This document shows, one piece after another, positions 44,908 through 55,791 of a stretch of DNA of 64,000 bases. Both the position numbers and the translations under genes were made by a program. The notes under the pieces were generated by a model. That model had not been told where the DNA came from. It was given only the letters and a program-made list of their open reading frames with translations, and did not search any database. Positions within the stretch are counted from its first letter, which is position 1, and every line of letters begins with the position of its first letter. The DNA is taken from assembly GCF_003334405.1 (NCBI RefSeq), contig NZ_QOWM01000003.1; one strand, 5' to 3'. The stretch is from Escherichia coli (GTDB taxonomy: Bacteria; Pseudomonadota; Gammaproteobacteria; Enterobacterales; Enterobacteriaceae).

Positions 44908-46251
44908 ATGGCGAACAGCATCACGGCGGATGAGATTCGGGAACAGTTTTCGCAGGCAATGTCAGCCATGTACCAGCAAGAAGTTCCGCAATATGGCACG
45001 CTGCTGGAACTGGTAGCTGATGTGAATCTGGCTGTGCTGGAAAACAATCCTCAACTGCACGAAAAAATGGTAAATGCAGACGAGCTGGCGCGACTGAATG
45101 TTGAACGTCATGGGGCGATTCGCGTTGGGACTGCACAAGAGCTTGCTACTCTTCGGCGGATGTTTGCCATTATGGGGATGTACCCGGTGAGCTATTACGA
45201 TCTCTCGCAGGCAGGGGTGCCGGTACATTCGACAGCATTTCGGCCCATTGATGATGCTTCTCTGGCGCGTAATCCCTTCCGCGTTTTTACCTCCTTACTC
45301 CGCCTTGAGCTTATCGAGAACGAAATTTTGCGCCAGAAAGCGGCGGAGATTCTGCGTCAGCGCGATATCTTCACCCCACGTTGTCGACAACTGTTAGAGG
45401 AATATGAGCAGCAGGGCGGTTTTAACGAAACACAGGCACAGGAGTTTGTGCAGGAAGCCCTGGAAACGTTTCGCTGGCACCAGTCAGCAACGGTAGATGA
45501 AGAAACCTATCGCGCATTGCACAACGAACATCGGTTGATTGCTGATGTGGTCTGTTTTCCTGGATGCCATATCAACCACCTGACGCCACGTACGCTGGAT
45601 ATTGACCGGGTGCAGTCGATGATGCCTGAATGCGGAATTGAACCCAAAATTCTCATCGAGGGGCCGCCGCGCCGCGAGGTACCGATTTTACTACGCCAGA
45701 CCAGCTTTAAAGCACTGGAAGAGACGGTGTTGTTTGCGGGGCAGAAACAGGGCACGCATACCGCGCGCTTTGGTGAAATTGAGCAGCGTGGCGTGGCATT
45801 AACGCCGAAAGGGCGACAACTGTATGATGATCTTCTGCGTAACGCTGGAACCGGGCAGGATAATCTCACTCACCAAATGCATTTACAGGAAACCTTCCGC
45901 ACTTTTCCTGACAGTGAGTTTTTAATGCGTCAGCAAGGGTTGGCATGGTTCCGGTACCGTCTGACGCCTTCGGGTGAGGCGCATCGTCAGGCGATTCATC
46001 CTGGAGACGATCCACAGCCCTTAATTGAACGTGGTTGGGTAGTGGCGCAACCCATCACCTATGAAGATTTCTTGCCCGTTAGCGCGGCGGGGATCTTCCA
46101 GTCAAATCTGGGTAATGAAACGCAGACACGCAGTCACGGTAATGCCAGTCGCGAAGCATTTGAGCAGGCGTTGGGTTGTCCGGTTTTGGATGAGTTCCAG
46201 CTTTACCAGGAAGCGGAAGAACGCAGTAAACGTCGCTGTGGTTTGCTTTAA
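44908..46251 (+). CDS. ydcJ: DUF1338 family metalloprotein (2-oxoadipate dioxygenase/decarboxylase-like)
   Basis: 447 aa; divergent from ydcI. Confidence 0.8.
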   Translation: MANSITADEIREQFSQAMSAMYQQEVPQYGTLLELVADVNLAVLENNPQLHEKMVNADELARLNVERHGAIRVGTAQELATLRRMFAIMGMYPVSYYDLSQAGVPVHSTAFRPIDDASLARNPFRVFTSLLRLELIENEILRQKAAEILRQRDIFTPRCRQLLEEYEQQGGFNETQAQEFVQEALETFRWHQSATVDEETYRALHNEHRLIADVVCFPGCHINHLTPRTLDIDRVQSMMPECGIEPKILIEGPPRREVPILLRQTSFKALEETVLFAGQKQGTHTARFGEIEQRGVALTPKGRQLYDDLLRNAGTGQDNLTHQMHLQETFRTFPDSEFLMRQQGLAWFRYRLTPSGEAHRQAIHPGDDPQPLIERGWVVAQPITYEDFLPVSAAGIFQSNLGNETQTRSHGNASREAFEQALGCPVLDEFQLYQEAEERSKRRCGLL

Positions 46252-46475
46252 AATCTGACCATCCGCCTTTGCAAAAATTTGCCTGATTTTACAAACGAAT
46301 CAGGCTCATCCCATCGACATAAAAAAAATGCCGATTTATGCATATTCTCTCAGTTCAACAATTGGATTATTAATAAATATTGTCTAGAGTGAGCGGTCAT
46401 AAATAAGCACTTTCTTGCCGCTGAAAACGACCAGCGCGGGACCATTCACAACACCAGAAGGACTCACTTTCAGGT

Positions 46476-48131
46476 ATGGATCGTAGACGATTTATTAAAG
46501 GTTCAATGGCTATGGCCGCCGTGTGCGGTACCAGCGGCATTGCTTCTCTTTTTTCTCAGGCGGCATTCGCGGCAGATTCTGATATTGCCGACGGGCAAAC
46601 CCAGCGTTTTGACTTCTCCATTCTACAGTCAATGGCGCACGACTTAGCGCAAACAGCGTGGCGTGGTGCGCCTCGTCCGTTACCTGACACGCTGGCGACA
46701 ATGACGCCGCAGGCTTATAACAGTATTCAATACGACGCCGAAAAATCGCTCTGGCATAACGTTGAGAACCGTCAACTGGACGCTCAGTTCTTCCATATGG
46801 GAATGGGATTCCGTCGCCGCGTTCGTATGTTTTCTGTAGATCCAGCAACACATCTGGCGCGTGAAATTCACTTTCGCCCGGAGTTGTTCAAATACAACGA
46901 TGCAGGTGTTGATACAAAACAATTAGAAGGGCAAAGCGATCTCGGCTTTGCCGGTTTTCGCGTGTTTAAAGCCCCCGAACTGGCGCGCCGTGATGTAGTA
47001 TCATTTCTCGGCGCGAGTTATTTCCGCGCCGTTGATGATACATATCAATACGGTTTGTCGGCCCGCGGCCTGGCGATCGACACTTACACCGACAGTAAAG
47101 AAGAGTTCCCCGACTTTACCGCCTTCTGGTTTGATACGGTAAAACCGGGGGCAACTACCTTTACCGTTTATGCGTTGCTCGATAGCGCCAGCATTACTGG
47201 TGCCTATAAGTTCACTATCCATTGTGAGAAAAGTCAGGTGATTATGGATGTGGAAAATCACCTGTATGCGCGCAAAGACATTAAACAGCTGGGCATTGCG
47301 CCGATGACCAGTATGTTCAGCTGCGGTACTAATGAACGTCGGATGTGCGATACAATTCATCCGCAAATTCATGACTCTGATCGTCTGTCCATGTGGCGGG
47401 GCAACGGCGAGTGGATTTGCCGTCCGCTGAATAATCCGCAAAAATTGCAGTTCAATGCTTACACCGACAACAACCCGAAAGGGTTTGGTTTATTGCAACT
47501 GGATCGTGACTTCTCCCATTATCAGGACATTATGGGCTGGTATAACAAACGCCCAAGTCTGTGGGTGGAACCGCGTAACAAGTGGGGTAAGGGCACCATC
47601 GGCCTGATGGAAATCCCAACAACGGGCGAAACGCTGGATAACATTGTCTGCTTCTGGCAGCCAGAAAAAGCTGTAAAAGCAGGTGATGAGTTTGCATTCC
47701 AGTATCGTCTGTACTGGAGTGCGCAACCGCCTGTTCATTGCCCATTAGCGCGCGTTATGGCGACGCGTACCGGCATGGGCGGTTTCTCGGAAGGTTGGGC
47801 GCCAGGTGAACACTATCCCGAAAAATGGGCGCGTCGTTTTGCCGTCGATTTCGTTGGTGGTGATCTGAAAGCTGCCGCGCCAAAAGGCATTGAGCCGGTG
47901 ATTACGCTTTCCAGTGGGGAAGCGAAGCAAATCGAAATTCTCTATATTGAACCCATCGATGGTTATCGTATTCAGTTTGACTGGTATCCGACTTCGGACT
48001 CCACTGATCCGGTCGATATGCGGATGTATCTACGTTGTCAGGGGGACGCTATCAGTGAAACATGGCTGTATCAGTATTTCCCGCCAGCGCCGGATAAACG
48101 TCAGTATGTTGACGACCGCGTGATGAGTTAA
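46476..48131 (+). CDS. opgD: periplasmic glucan biosynthesis protein D (Tat-exported)
   Basis: 551 aa; twin-arginine signal [32 protein letters not shown]. Confidence 0.9.
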   Translation: MDRRRFIKGSMAMAAVCGTSGIASLFSQAAFAADSDIADGQTQRFDFSILQSMAHDLAQTAWRGAPRPLPDTLATMTPQAYNSIQYDAEKSLWHNVENRQLDAQFFHMGMGFRRRVRMFSVDPATHLAREIHFRPELFKYNDAGVDTKQLEGQSDLGFAGFRVFKAPELARRDVVSFLGASYFRAVDDTYQYGLSARGLAIDTYTDSKEEFPDFTAFWFDTVKPGATTFTVYALLDSASITGAYKFTIHCEKSQVIMDVENHLYARKDIKQLGIAPMTSMFSCGTNERRMCDTIHPQIHDSDRLSMWRGNGEWICRPLNNPQKLQFNAYTDNNPKGFGLLQLDRDFSHYQDIMGWYNKRPSLWVEPRNKWGKGTIGLMEIPTTGETLDNIVCFWQPEKAVKAGDEFAFQYRLYWSAQPPVHCPLARVMATRTGMGGFSEGWAPGEHYPEKWARRFAVDFVGGDLKAAAPKGIEPVITLSSGEAKQIEILYIEPIDGYRIQFDWYPTSDSTDPVDMRMYLRCQGDAISETWLYQYFPPAPDKRQYVDDRVMS

Positions 48132-48270
48132 TCGTTTTTTCTTCGGCACCTTCTTCGGGAGGTGCCGTCTGGTTAAACACGATCCCGCTCGCATTTTTCC
48201 CTAAGTTAAATGAGTAATCTGATGGTGTGTATTTCAGATACACCTTGTCAGCCACTAACAGGGAGTGCGT

Positions 48271-48495
48271 ATGTTTCCAGAATACCGAGATTTAATATCC
48301 CGTCTGAAAAACGAAAATCCTCGCTTTATGTCCTTGTTCGATAAACACAATAAACTTGATCATGAAATTGCCAGAAAGGAAGGTTCCGACGGTCGAGGGT
48401 ACAATGCGGAAGTGGTCCGCATGAAAAAACAAAAGCTACAGTTAAAAGATGAGATGCTCAAAATCCTGCAGCAGGAGAGCGTCAAAGAGGTGTAA
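48271..48495 (+). CDS. ydcH: DUF465 small protein
   Basis: 74 aa from ATG 48271 with SD gggag; ORF-track start 48265 is GTG. Confidence 0.8.
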   Translation: MFPEYRDLISRLKNENPRFMSLFDKHNKLDHEIARKEGSDGRGYNAEVVRMKKQKLQLKDEMLKILQQESVKEV

Positions 48496-48503
48496 ACTTT
48501 CCT

Positions 48504-48528
48504 AAGCCGCCAGCCAGGCGGCTTTTTT
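48504..48528 (+). terminator. rho-independent terminator of ydcH
   Basis: AAGCCGCC-agcc-GGCGGCTT followed by TTTTT. Confidence 0.6.
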
Positions 48529-48557
48529 AACAACTGCATGGATTGACTGGAGATAAG

Positions 48558-49097
48558 ATGACTGAAACGATAAAAGTAAGCGAATCACTTGAATTACATG
48601 CTGTTGCAGAAAATCACGTCAAACCTCTTTATCAGTTAATCTGTAAAAATAAAACCTGGTTACAGCAGTCGCTAAACTGGCCGCAGTTTGTTCAAAGTGA
48701 AGAGGACACGCGAAAAACGGTGCAGGGTAATGTGATGTTGCATCAACGCGGCTATGCCAAAATGTTCATGATTTTCAAAGAAGATGAACTTATCGGCGTT
48801 ATCTCGTTTAATCGTATTGAACCACTGAATAAAACCGCTGAAATAGGCTACTGGCTGGACGAATCTCATCAGGGGCAGGGGATCATTTCTCAGGCGCTGC
48901 AGGCATTGATTCATCATTACGCCCAGTCTGGTGAACTTAGACGCTTCGTGATCAAATGTCGGGTGGACAATCCGCAAAGCAACCAGGTCGCTTTGCGCAA
49001 TGGTTTTATCCTTGAAGGTTGCCTGAAACAGGCTGAGTTCCTGAATGATGCCTATGATGATGTGAACTTATACGCGCGTATTATCGATTCACAATAA
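48558..49097 (+). CDS. rimL: ribosomal protein L7/L12 serine N-acetyltransferase (GNAT)
   Basis: 179 aa from ATG 48558 ([11 protein letters not shown]...); ORF-track start 48543 is TTG. Confidence 0.85.
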   Translation: MTETIKVSESLELHAVAENHVKPLYQLICKNKTWLQQSLNWPQFVQSEEDTRKTVQGNVMLHQRGYAKMFMIFKEDELIGVISFNRIEPLNKTAEIGYWLDESHQGQGIISQALQALIHHYAQSGELRRFVIKCRVDNPQSNQVALRNGFILEGCLKQAEFLNDAYDDVNLYARIIDSQ

Positions 49098-50069
49098 CCC
49101 TGCCAGCGGCGTTCGCGTAATGCGCTCCTCGCCGTTAATGACTTTTGGACCACGGACATGAACCGTGTCGCCATCAAAGGCTTCAACGACGGCGTGGTCG
49201 GTTAACTCCACATGGTTTTCAATTATCACCGCACCTGTAATACGGCTCTCACCTTGTATGACAACGTGCTCGTCGAGCAGAATCGGTCCGCCACGTACCA
49301 CGGCATTTCCGCCAACCAAGACATGATGTTTTAACACACAATTACCTTCCACAATGGCATATTCCGCCACCTGCGAACTGTAATGAATCGTCGGAATGGC
49401 ATCTTCTTCTATGCCAGCTTTCACCTGCGCGTGACCGTAGACTTTAGCGCAATCGCATAGCCAGACATTGTTCTCTTCATTACCTTCAATACTGGCAAAA
49501 TCAAAAACTTCGGCGCGATGTTCAATAAAAGCATACCGGACGACGGCATCGCCATAAATTTGTGCCTGGTGGACAATACGCGAGGCGCTAACCCTTGCGC
49601 GATCATAAATTTGGAGCAGGAGTTGATGGTCGGGCGTTAAGCCTTGTGCGGCGACGATCATAGAATGTTGATCAATTAAGGCGTGACCAAATATTCTACA
49701 TTGCCCGTAAACTAATGAGTCATGAATGGTGACGCTGTCACTTATATATGCACCCAAGCTGATTTCACTATTATCGATCCAGACGTTATCCGTTGCGTAA
49801 ACCTCTCCCCACAGCACGCTGGTGCCGGTGATACGCGTATTACCGGAAATCACCGCTCCGCCGAACGCAATAGCATTCTGGTCGTAAATCCAGCAATTTC
49901 CTTCTTGTGCTAACACCGTTTCGCGATCGATCCAGCCGCCAGCGGTTCCTGCTATCACATCGTTAAAATCGCTAATGGCGATAATCTGCCGTAATAACAC
50001 ATTTTTTTTAGTGCCATCTTCCTGATAACTAAAGGCTCGCTGTTCTTCACTTAGACGATATTTGCGCAT
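49089..50069 (-). CDS. ydcK: hexapeptide-repeat (left-handed beta-helix) protein, putative acyltransferase
   Basis: 326 aa; repeated [LIV]-G-x4 hexapeptide pattern; divergent from tehA. Confidence 0.85.
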
Positions 50070-50192
50070 AGCGTTTTCCCACAGGTGACTTACTATAACC
50101 GTAGCAAATTCTGCGGCTCTGGCTATGCTCGAGAAAATTCCATAAAATGCATTTCAAATATACTTTATAAATTAAACAAAATGAGTAAGAAG

Positions 50193-51185
50193 ATGCAGAG
50201 CGATAAAGTGCTCAATTTGCCGGCAGGCTACTTTGGTATTGTGTTGGGGACGATAGGGATGGGATTTGCCTGGCGCTATGCCAGCCAGGTTTGGCAGGTC
50301 AGCCACTGGTTAGGGGATGGGCTGGTGATTCTGGCGATGATCATCTGGGGATTATTGACTAGCGCATTTATTGCCCGACTCATACGCTTTCCGCATAGCG
50401 TGCTGGCGGAAGTTCGCCATCCAGTGCTGAGCAGTTTTGTGAGTTTGTTTCCGGCAACGACGATGCTGGTGGCGATTGGTTTTGTTCCGTGGTTTCGCCC
50501 ACTGGCGGTGTGCCTGTTCAGTTTTGGTGTCGTGGTTCAGTTGGCTTATGCCGCCTGGCAAACTGCGGGATTATGGCGCGGATCTCACCCTGAAGAAGCT
50601 ACCACGCCTGGACTGTATCTGCCGACAGTTGCCAACAACTTTATCAGCGCAATGGCCTGTGGTGCGTTGGGCTACACCGACGCCGGTCTGGTGTTTTTAG
50701 GCGCAGGCGTTTTCTCATGGCTAAGCCTTGAACCGGTGATCTTGCAGCGTCTGCGCAGTTCGGGAGAATTACCCACGGCACTGCGGACATCACTCGGCAT
50801 TCAGCTCGCTCCTGCGCTGGTGGCTTGTAGTGCCTGGCTGAGCGTCAACGGCGGCGAGGGTGACACGCTGGCGAAAATGCTTTTCGGTTATGGACTGCTG
50901 CAACTGCTGTTTATGCTACGTCTGATGCCATGGTATCTCTCCCAGCCATTTAATGCTTCATTCTGGAGTTTCTCGTTCGGCGTATCTGCACTGGCAACCA
51001 CCGGTTTGCATCTGGGGAGTGGCAGCGATAATGGATTTTTCCATACGCTGGCGGTGCCGCTGTTTATCTTTACCAATTTTATTATTGCAATACTGCTCAT
51101 CCGTACTTTTGCGCTTCTGATGCAGGGAAAATTGTTAGTCAGAACCGAGCGCGCCGTTTTAATGAAAGCAGAGGACAAAGAATGA
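50193..51185 (+). CDS. tehA: tellurite resistance / C4-dicarboxylate transporter family membrane protein
   Basis: 330-aa form from ATG 50193 ([19 protein letters not shown]...); about 10 TM helices. Confidence 0.9.
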
Positions 51186-51775
51186 TCATTCGTGACGAAA
51201 ACTATTTTACTGATAAATATGAATTAACCCGCACACACTCTGAAGTACTGGAAGCGGTGAAAGTGGTTAAACCGGGTAAAACGCTGGATCTGGGCTGTGG
51301 CAATGGTCGTAACAGTCTTTACCTGGCAGCCAATGGTTATGATGTTGACGCATGGGATAAAAATGCCATGAGTATCGCCAACGTCGAGCGCATTAAATCC
51401 ATTGAAAATCTGGATAATTTACACACCCGAGTCGTTGATCTGAATAACCTCACATTTGATAGACAGTACGATTTTATTCTTTCGACTGTGGTGCTGATGT
51501 TCCTTGAGGCTAAAACCATCCCCGGGTTGATTGCCAATATGCAACGTTGCACTAAACCTGGTGGTTACAACCTGATTGTGGCGGCGATGGATACCGCTGA
51601 TTATCCATGTACCGTCGGCTTCCCGTTTGCCTTCAAAGAGGGAGAATTACGTCGATATTACGAAGGCTGGGAGAGGGTGAAATACAATGAAGACGTCGGC
51701 GAGCTGCACCGCACCGACGCCAACGGTAATCGTATTAAACTGCGTTTCGCCACGATGCTGGCACGTAAAAAATGA
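51182..51775 (+). CDS. tehB: tellurite SAM-dependent methyltransferase
   Basis: 197 aa; ATGA overlap with tehA; methyltransferase motif [12 protein letters not shown]. Confidence 0.9.
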
Positions 51776-52076
51776 CCCGGTAAGCACAAAACGCGTGAAA
51801 ATTCCCCACGCTGAGATGATTTACTGTTCTTCTTTTCGGTAAGCATATTTTTTATCGAAGGGATGTGAAATTAATCACAGTAGTCGAAGTTTTTAGCAGC
51901 TTAACTTACTGAAATTTAAGTACTGATGATTGACTTAGCCCCTTTTTCGGCATTGACTATGTCGTCTGAAAAGGGGCTGAAAAATTTATTTTCACCAACA
52001 CTTTTTTTGCCACAACACGAAGCGGCGCTTTTTGCTATAACTTAGAAAGTAATATAATCATCTCAGGAAACTATTC

Positions 52077-52745
52077 ATGCGTACCACATCATTTGCGAAA
52101 GTTGCAGCTTTATGCGGCTTATTGGCTCTGTCTGGTTGTGCCTCTAAAATCACCCAGCCAGATAAATATTCTGGTTTTTTAAACAATTACTCTGATTTAA
52201 AAGAAACAACCTCGGCTACAGGTAAACCTGTTTTACGTTGGGTAGACCCGAGTTTTGATCAAAGCAAATATGACAGCATCGTCTGGAACCCAATCACTTA
52301 TTATCCGGTACCGAAACCGTCGACCCAGGTAGGGCAGAAAGTTCTGGATAAAATTTTGAACTATACCAACACCGAAATGAAAGAAGCGATAGCGCAGCGT
52401 AAACCACTGGTTACCACCGCTGGGCCGCGTAGTCTGATTTTCCGTGGGGCCATTACCGGTGTAGATACCAGCAAAGAAGGGCTGCAATTCTATGAAGTGG
52501 TTCCTGTTGCATTAGTGGTTGCGGGGACGCAAATGGCTACAGGCCACCGTACCATGGATACTCGCCTCTATTTTGAAGGTGAGCTGATTGATGCAGCGAC
52601 TAATAAACCGGTTATCAAAGTCGTTCGTCAGGGCGAAGGTAAAGACCTGAATAACGAAAGTACGCCAATGGCTTTCGAAAATATTAAACAAGTTATTGAT
52701 GACATGGCGACCGATGCCACCATGTTTGACGTTAACAAAAAGTAG
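52077..52745 (+). CDS. ydcL: lipoprotein (DUF3313)
   Basis: 222 aa; lipobox LALSGC in MRTTSFAKVAALCGLLALSGCASK. Confidence 0.85.
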   Translation: MRTTSFAKVAALCGLLALSGCASKITQPDKYSGFLNNYSDLKETTSATGKPVLRWVDPSFDQSKYDSIVWNPITYYPVPKPSTQVGQKVLDKILNYTNTEMKEAIAQRKPLVTTAGPRSLIFRGAITGVDTSKEGLQFYEVVPVALVVAGTQMATGHRTMDTRLYFEGELIDAATNKPVIKVVRQGEGKDLNNESTPMAFENIKQVIDDMATDATMFDVNKK

Positions 52746-52753
52746 TTCCAGAC

Positions 52754-52778
52754 GCGCCATCGTTAGATGGCGCTTTTT
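52754..52778 (+). terminator. terminator of ydcL, overlapping the tnpA stop; possible IS left-end hairpin
   Basis: GCGCCATC-gtta-GATGGCGC followed by TTTTT. Confidence 0.55.
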
Positions 52779-53269
52779 ATCCGGTGCGCCGTAAAACCCC
52801 ATCCTTCAGGGCGGGGATATAAGGCGCGGTTTTCCACCTGACCAGGTGTTTGCTGTTGTTCAATGTATTGGCGGATGACGGATATTGGCGCACCTCCGCA
52901 GCTACTGGCAAAATAGCCAGGACTCCACAAAACGCCTTTGTAGTAATACCTGAATGCAATATCTGGTCGATCTCGTCGCAGTCACCTACCCGATACGCCT
53001 TTGAGGCTGTTTACCAGACTGGATATCGCCAGTTTGGGAGGATAGTTAATTAACAAATGGACGTGATCTGGTTCGCCATCCATTTCAACCAGTTCAGCTT
53101 CAAAATCAGCACATACATTTGAAAAGTAAGTGCGTAGTTTTTCTGTCGCGTCATGGTCAAAAATCTGGCGTCGGTATCTGGTGACAAAGAGCAGGTGAAC
53201 ATGCATCAGGAAAACACAATGCCTTCCACGCCGGATATCGGTTTCTTTTTTCACAGACCAAAGTATCAT
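52763..53269 (-). pseudogene. insP: IS200/IS605-family Y1 transposase TnpA interrupted by a single in-frame TGA
   Basis: N-terminal 95 aa (HVHLLFVTRYRRQIF, HUH motif PDHVHLL) then TGA at 52982-52984, then same-frame continuation LRRDRPDIAFRYYYKGVLWSPGYFASSCGGAPISVIRQYIEQQ... to TAA 52763-52765. Confidence 0.75.
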
Positions 53270-53276
53270 TTGACCT

Positions 53277-54485
53277 GTGAAACGATTACAGGCATTTAAA
53301 TTCCAGTTAAGACCCGGTGGTCAACAGGAGTGTGAAATGAGGCGCTTCGCAGGCGCATGTCGTTTCGTTTTCAATCGTGCTCTGGCACGTCAGAATGAGA
53401 ATCATGAGGCCGGTAATAAATACATCCCTTACGGGAAAATGGCTTCCTGGCTGGTTGAGTGGAAAAATGCCACTGAAACGCAATGGCTTAAAGATTCTCC
53501 CTCACAGCCATTGCAACAGTCACTGAAAGACCTTGAGCGGGCTTACAAAAACTTCTTCCGGAAGCGGGCTGCTTTTCCCCGATTCAAAAAGCGGGGACAG
53601 AATGATGCATTCCGCTACCCGCAGGGCGTTAAGCTCGATCAGGAAAACAGCCGTATTTTTCTGCCGAAACTGGGCTGGATGCGCTACCGGAACAGCCGTC
53701 AGGTCACGGGTGTTGTGAAAAATGTCACTGTCAGCCAGTCCTGCGGTAAGTGGTACATCAGTATTCAGACAGAAAGTGAAGTATCAACTCCGGTTCACCC
53801 TTCAGCATCAATGGTCGGGCTGGATGCTGGCGTGGCTAAACTCGCCACGCTGTCAGATGGCACAGTCTTTGAGCCTGTAAACAGTTTTCAGAAAAACCAG
53901 AAGAAGCTGGCGAGACTTCAGCGACAGTTAAGCCGCAAGGTCAAATTCAGCAACAACTGGCAAAAGCAGAAACGCAAAATACAGCGACTGCATTCCTGTA
54001 TCGCAAATATCCGCAGGGACTACCTTCACAAAGTCACAACGGCCGTCAGCAAAAACCACGCAATGATAGTCATTGAGGATTTGAAGGTCAGCAACATGTC
54101 AAAGTCAGCAGCGGGTACGGTCAGCCAGCCGGGGCGCAATGTCCGGGCAAAATCAGGTTTAAACCGTTCGATACTGGATCAGGGCTGGTATGAAATGCGC
54201 CGCCAGCTTGCGTACAAGCAGCTCTGGCGTGGCGGTCAGGTGCTTGCTGTTCCGCCAGCGTATACAAGCCAGCGTTGCGCGTACTGTGGTCATACAGCGA
54301 AAGAGAACCGCCTGTCACAAAGTAAATTCAGATGCCAGGTATGTGGATATACAGCGAACGCCGATGTAAATGGCGCTCGCAACATTTTAGCGGCGGGGCA
54401 CGCCGTTCTTGCCTGTGGAGAGATGGTGCAGTCAGGCCGCCCGTTGAAGCAGGAACCCACCGAAATGATTCAGGCGACAGCCTGA
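53277..54485 (+). CDS. insQ: TnpB (OrfB) RuvC-like RNA-guided endonuclease of the IS200/IS605 family
   Basis: 402 aa from GTG 53277 (first ATG 53337 gives 382 aa); N-terminal motif [10 protein letters not shown]; RuvC-I VGLDAGV, RuvC-II IVIEDL, zinc finger CAYCGH...CQVCG, Ruv[13 protein letters not shown] all present. Confidence 0.85.
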   Translation: MKRLQAFKFQLRPGGQQECEMRRFAGACRFVFNRALARQNENHEAGNKYIPYGKMASWLVEWKNATETQWLKDSPSQPLQQSLKDLERAYKNFFRKRAAFPRFKKRGQNDAFRYPQGVKLDQENSRIFLPKLGWMRYRNSRQVTGVVKNVTVSQSCGKWYISIQTESEVSTPVHPSASMVGLDAGVAKLATLSDGTVFEPVNSFQKNQKKLARLQRQLSRKVKFSNNWQKQKRKIQRLHSCIANIRRDYLHKVTTAVSKNHAMIVIEDLKVSNMSKSAAGTVSQPGRNVRAKSGLNRSILDQGWYEMRRQLAYKQLWRGGQVLAVPPAYTSQRCAYCGHTAKENRLSQSKFRCQVCGYTANADVNGARNILAAGHAVLACGEMVQSGRPLKQEPTEMIQATA

Positions 54486-54525
54486 ACGTAGCAGGGATCC
54501 ACGTCCTTCAGGGCGTGGAGGATGT
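54330..54525 (+). ncRNA. predicted omegaRNA (right-end RNA) of TnpB; extent approximate
   Basis: By analogy with characterised TnpB systems the guide RNA scaffold derives from the tnpB 3' end and the right-end hairpin (candidate stem TCCACG/CGTGGA 54500-54521); not directly demonstrable from sequence. Confidence 0.3.
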
Positions 54526-55700
54526 CAATATCGGTTTCTGTCAGCGATTAAATTCAACACCACGTAACAAACGCCTCCGGCAATTAATCCCCAAAACGCA
54601 GAACCAATCCCGACCAGCGTCAATCCACTTGCCGTTACCAGAAATGCCACCACCGCCGCGTCTCGCTCACGCTCATTATGCAGCGCCTGATACAAACTGC
54701 CGCCGATGGTACTTAACAGCGCCAGACCTGCCAGCATCTGGATCCAACTTACGGGCAGGGCAGCCATCATCCCGGTAATGGCACTACCAAACAGACCTGC
54801 GAGCAAATAGAAAATGCCTGCAACGGCAGCGGCCAGCCAACGTTGATCTTTATCCGGATGCGCTTCCGGGCTTTGGCAAATAGCCGCGGTGATTGCCGCA
54901 ATACCGACGGAATAAACGCCGAAAGGGGAAAAAACCAGTGCCAGCAATCCAGTAAATACAATTAATGGCGAAACAGGAGCCGAATATCCAGCTGCTTTCA
55001 TTGCTGCGATACCCGGTGCGTTTTGCGATGCCATCGTCACCAGAAAAAGGGGGAGTGCAACGCTCAGGCTGTGAGCAAACGAAAAATCAGGGGTAATATA
55101 AGTGGGGAGAACGGGTTTAAAGACAACATCAGTTGTGACAACGTCACCTTGCGCGATGACGATCACGATCCCAATAATCATCGCGGCAATTACCGCATAG
55201 CGCGGCGCAACGGCCTTGGTTGCCAGCCATACCAGCAACATACTTCCACACAACGTAAATTGACCGTCCAGACTGGCAAACGCCTGTAAACCAAAGCGTA
55301 ATAAAATCCCGGCAAGCATTGCCGCCGCAAGCGAGTGCGGAATAATGCGCATCAGACGAGCAAAGAGTCCCGTTATGCCGCAGAGGACTATTAGCGCGTT
55401 GGTGACAATAAAAACGCCGATGGCTTCGTTAAGTGTTAGTCCCTGCAATCCGGTGACCAACAAAGCCGCGCCAGGCGTTGACCATGCGGTGAGAACAGGT
55501 ACGCGATACCATAATGTCAGAGTCAGCGTACTGACGCCCATTGCCAGCCCCAGCGCCGTCATCCAGCCAGAGATTTGTGCAGTGGTGGCTCCGGCGACAA
55601 TCGCTGCTTGCCAGATTATTGCCGCTGAACTGGCGTAGCCAATTAATACCGCCAGAAACCCCGCCAGTAGCGTGGGTGGAGGAATAGAAAACAGACGCAT
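54525..55700 (-). CDS. ydcO: BenE-family (benzoate transporter-like) inner-membrane protein
   Basis: 391-aa form from ATG 55700 (MRLFSIPPPTLLAGFLAVLIGY...); polytopic membrane protein; ORF-track 478-aa version is an upstream extension. Confidence 0.85.
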   Translation of the reverse strand: MRLFSIPPPTLLAGFLAVLIGYASSAAIIWQAAIVAGATTAQISGWMTALGLAMGVSTLTLTLWYRVPVLTAWSTPGAALLVTGLQGLTLNEAIGVFIVTNALIVLCGITGLFARLMRIIPHSLAAAMLAGILLRFGLQAFASLDGQFTLCGSMLLVWLATKAVAPRYAVIAAMIIGIVIVIAQGDVVTTDVVFKPVLPTYITPDFSFAHSLSVALPLFLVTMASQNAPGIAAMKAAGYSAPVSPLIVFTGLLALVFSPFGVYSVGIAAITAAICQSPEAHPDKDQRWLAAAVAGIFYLLAGLFGSAITGMMAALPVSWIQMLAGLALLSTIGGSLYQALHNERERDAAVVAFLVTASGLTLVGIGSAFWGLIAGGVCYVVLNLIADRNRY

Positions 55701-55791
55701 AGTCACCTCGTGCGTTATAGCGTACAGGCACCGTAGCATTTGTCCGTTATAACGCACAAGTGATAAACTTCCGTTTTGCCGGAGGAGTCGC

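Larger units (their letters stand above)
52754..54525. mobile_element. IS200/IS605-family element (IS609-like) with divergent tnpA (inactivated) and tnpB; boundaries approximate
   Basis: About 1.77 kb between the ydcL terminator hairpin and the ydcO stop holds a Y1-transposase gene and a TnpB gene; candidate end hairpins at 52754-52778 and 54499-54522. Confidence 0.65.

Noticed and set aside
48133-48172. Hairpin after opgD as a canonical intrinsic terminator
   Set aside because: The stem (CGGCACC/GGTGCCG) is preceded rather than followed by the T-run on the coding strand, so I did not call it a terminator.
52982-52984. TGA in tnpA read as selenocysteine or programmed read-through
   Set aside because: No SECIS-like hairpin follows the codon and the position aligns with an Arg in related TnpA; a CGA to TGA nonsense mutation is simpler.
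54332-54778. 148-aa plus-strand ORF spanning the tnpB 3' end and the ydcO 3' end
   Set aside because: Out of frame with tnpB and antisense to ydcO; Pro/Arg-rich with no homology. The region is better explained as tnpB 3' end, right-end hairpin and ydcO.
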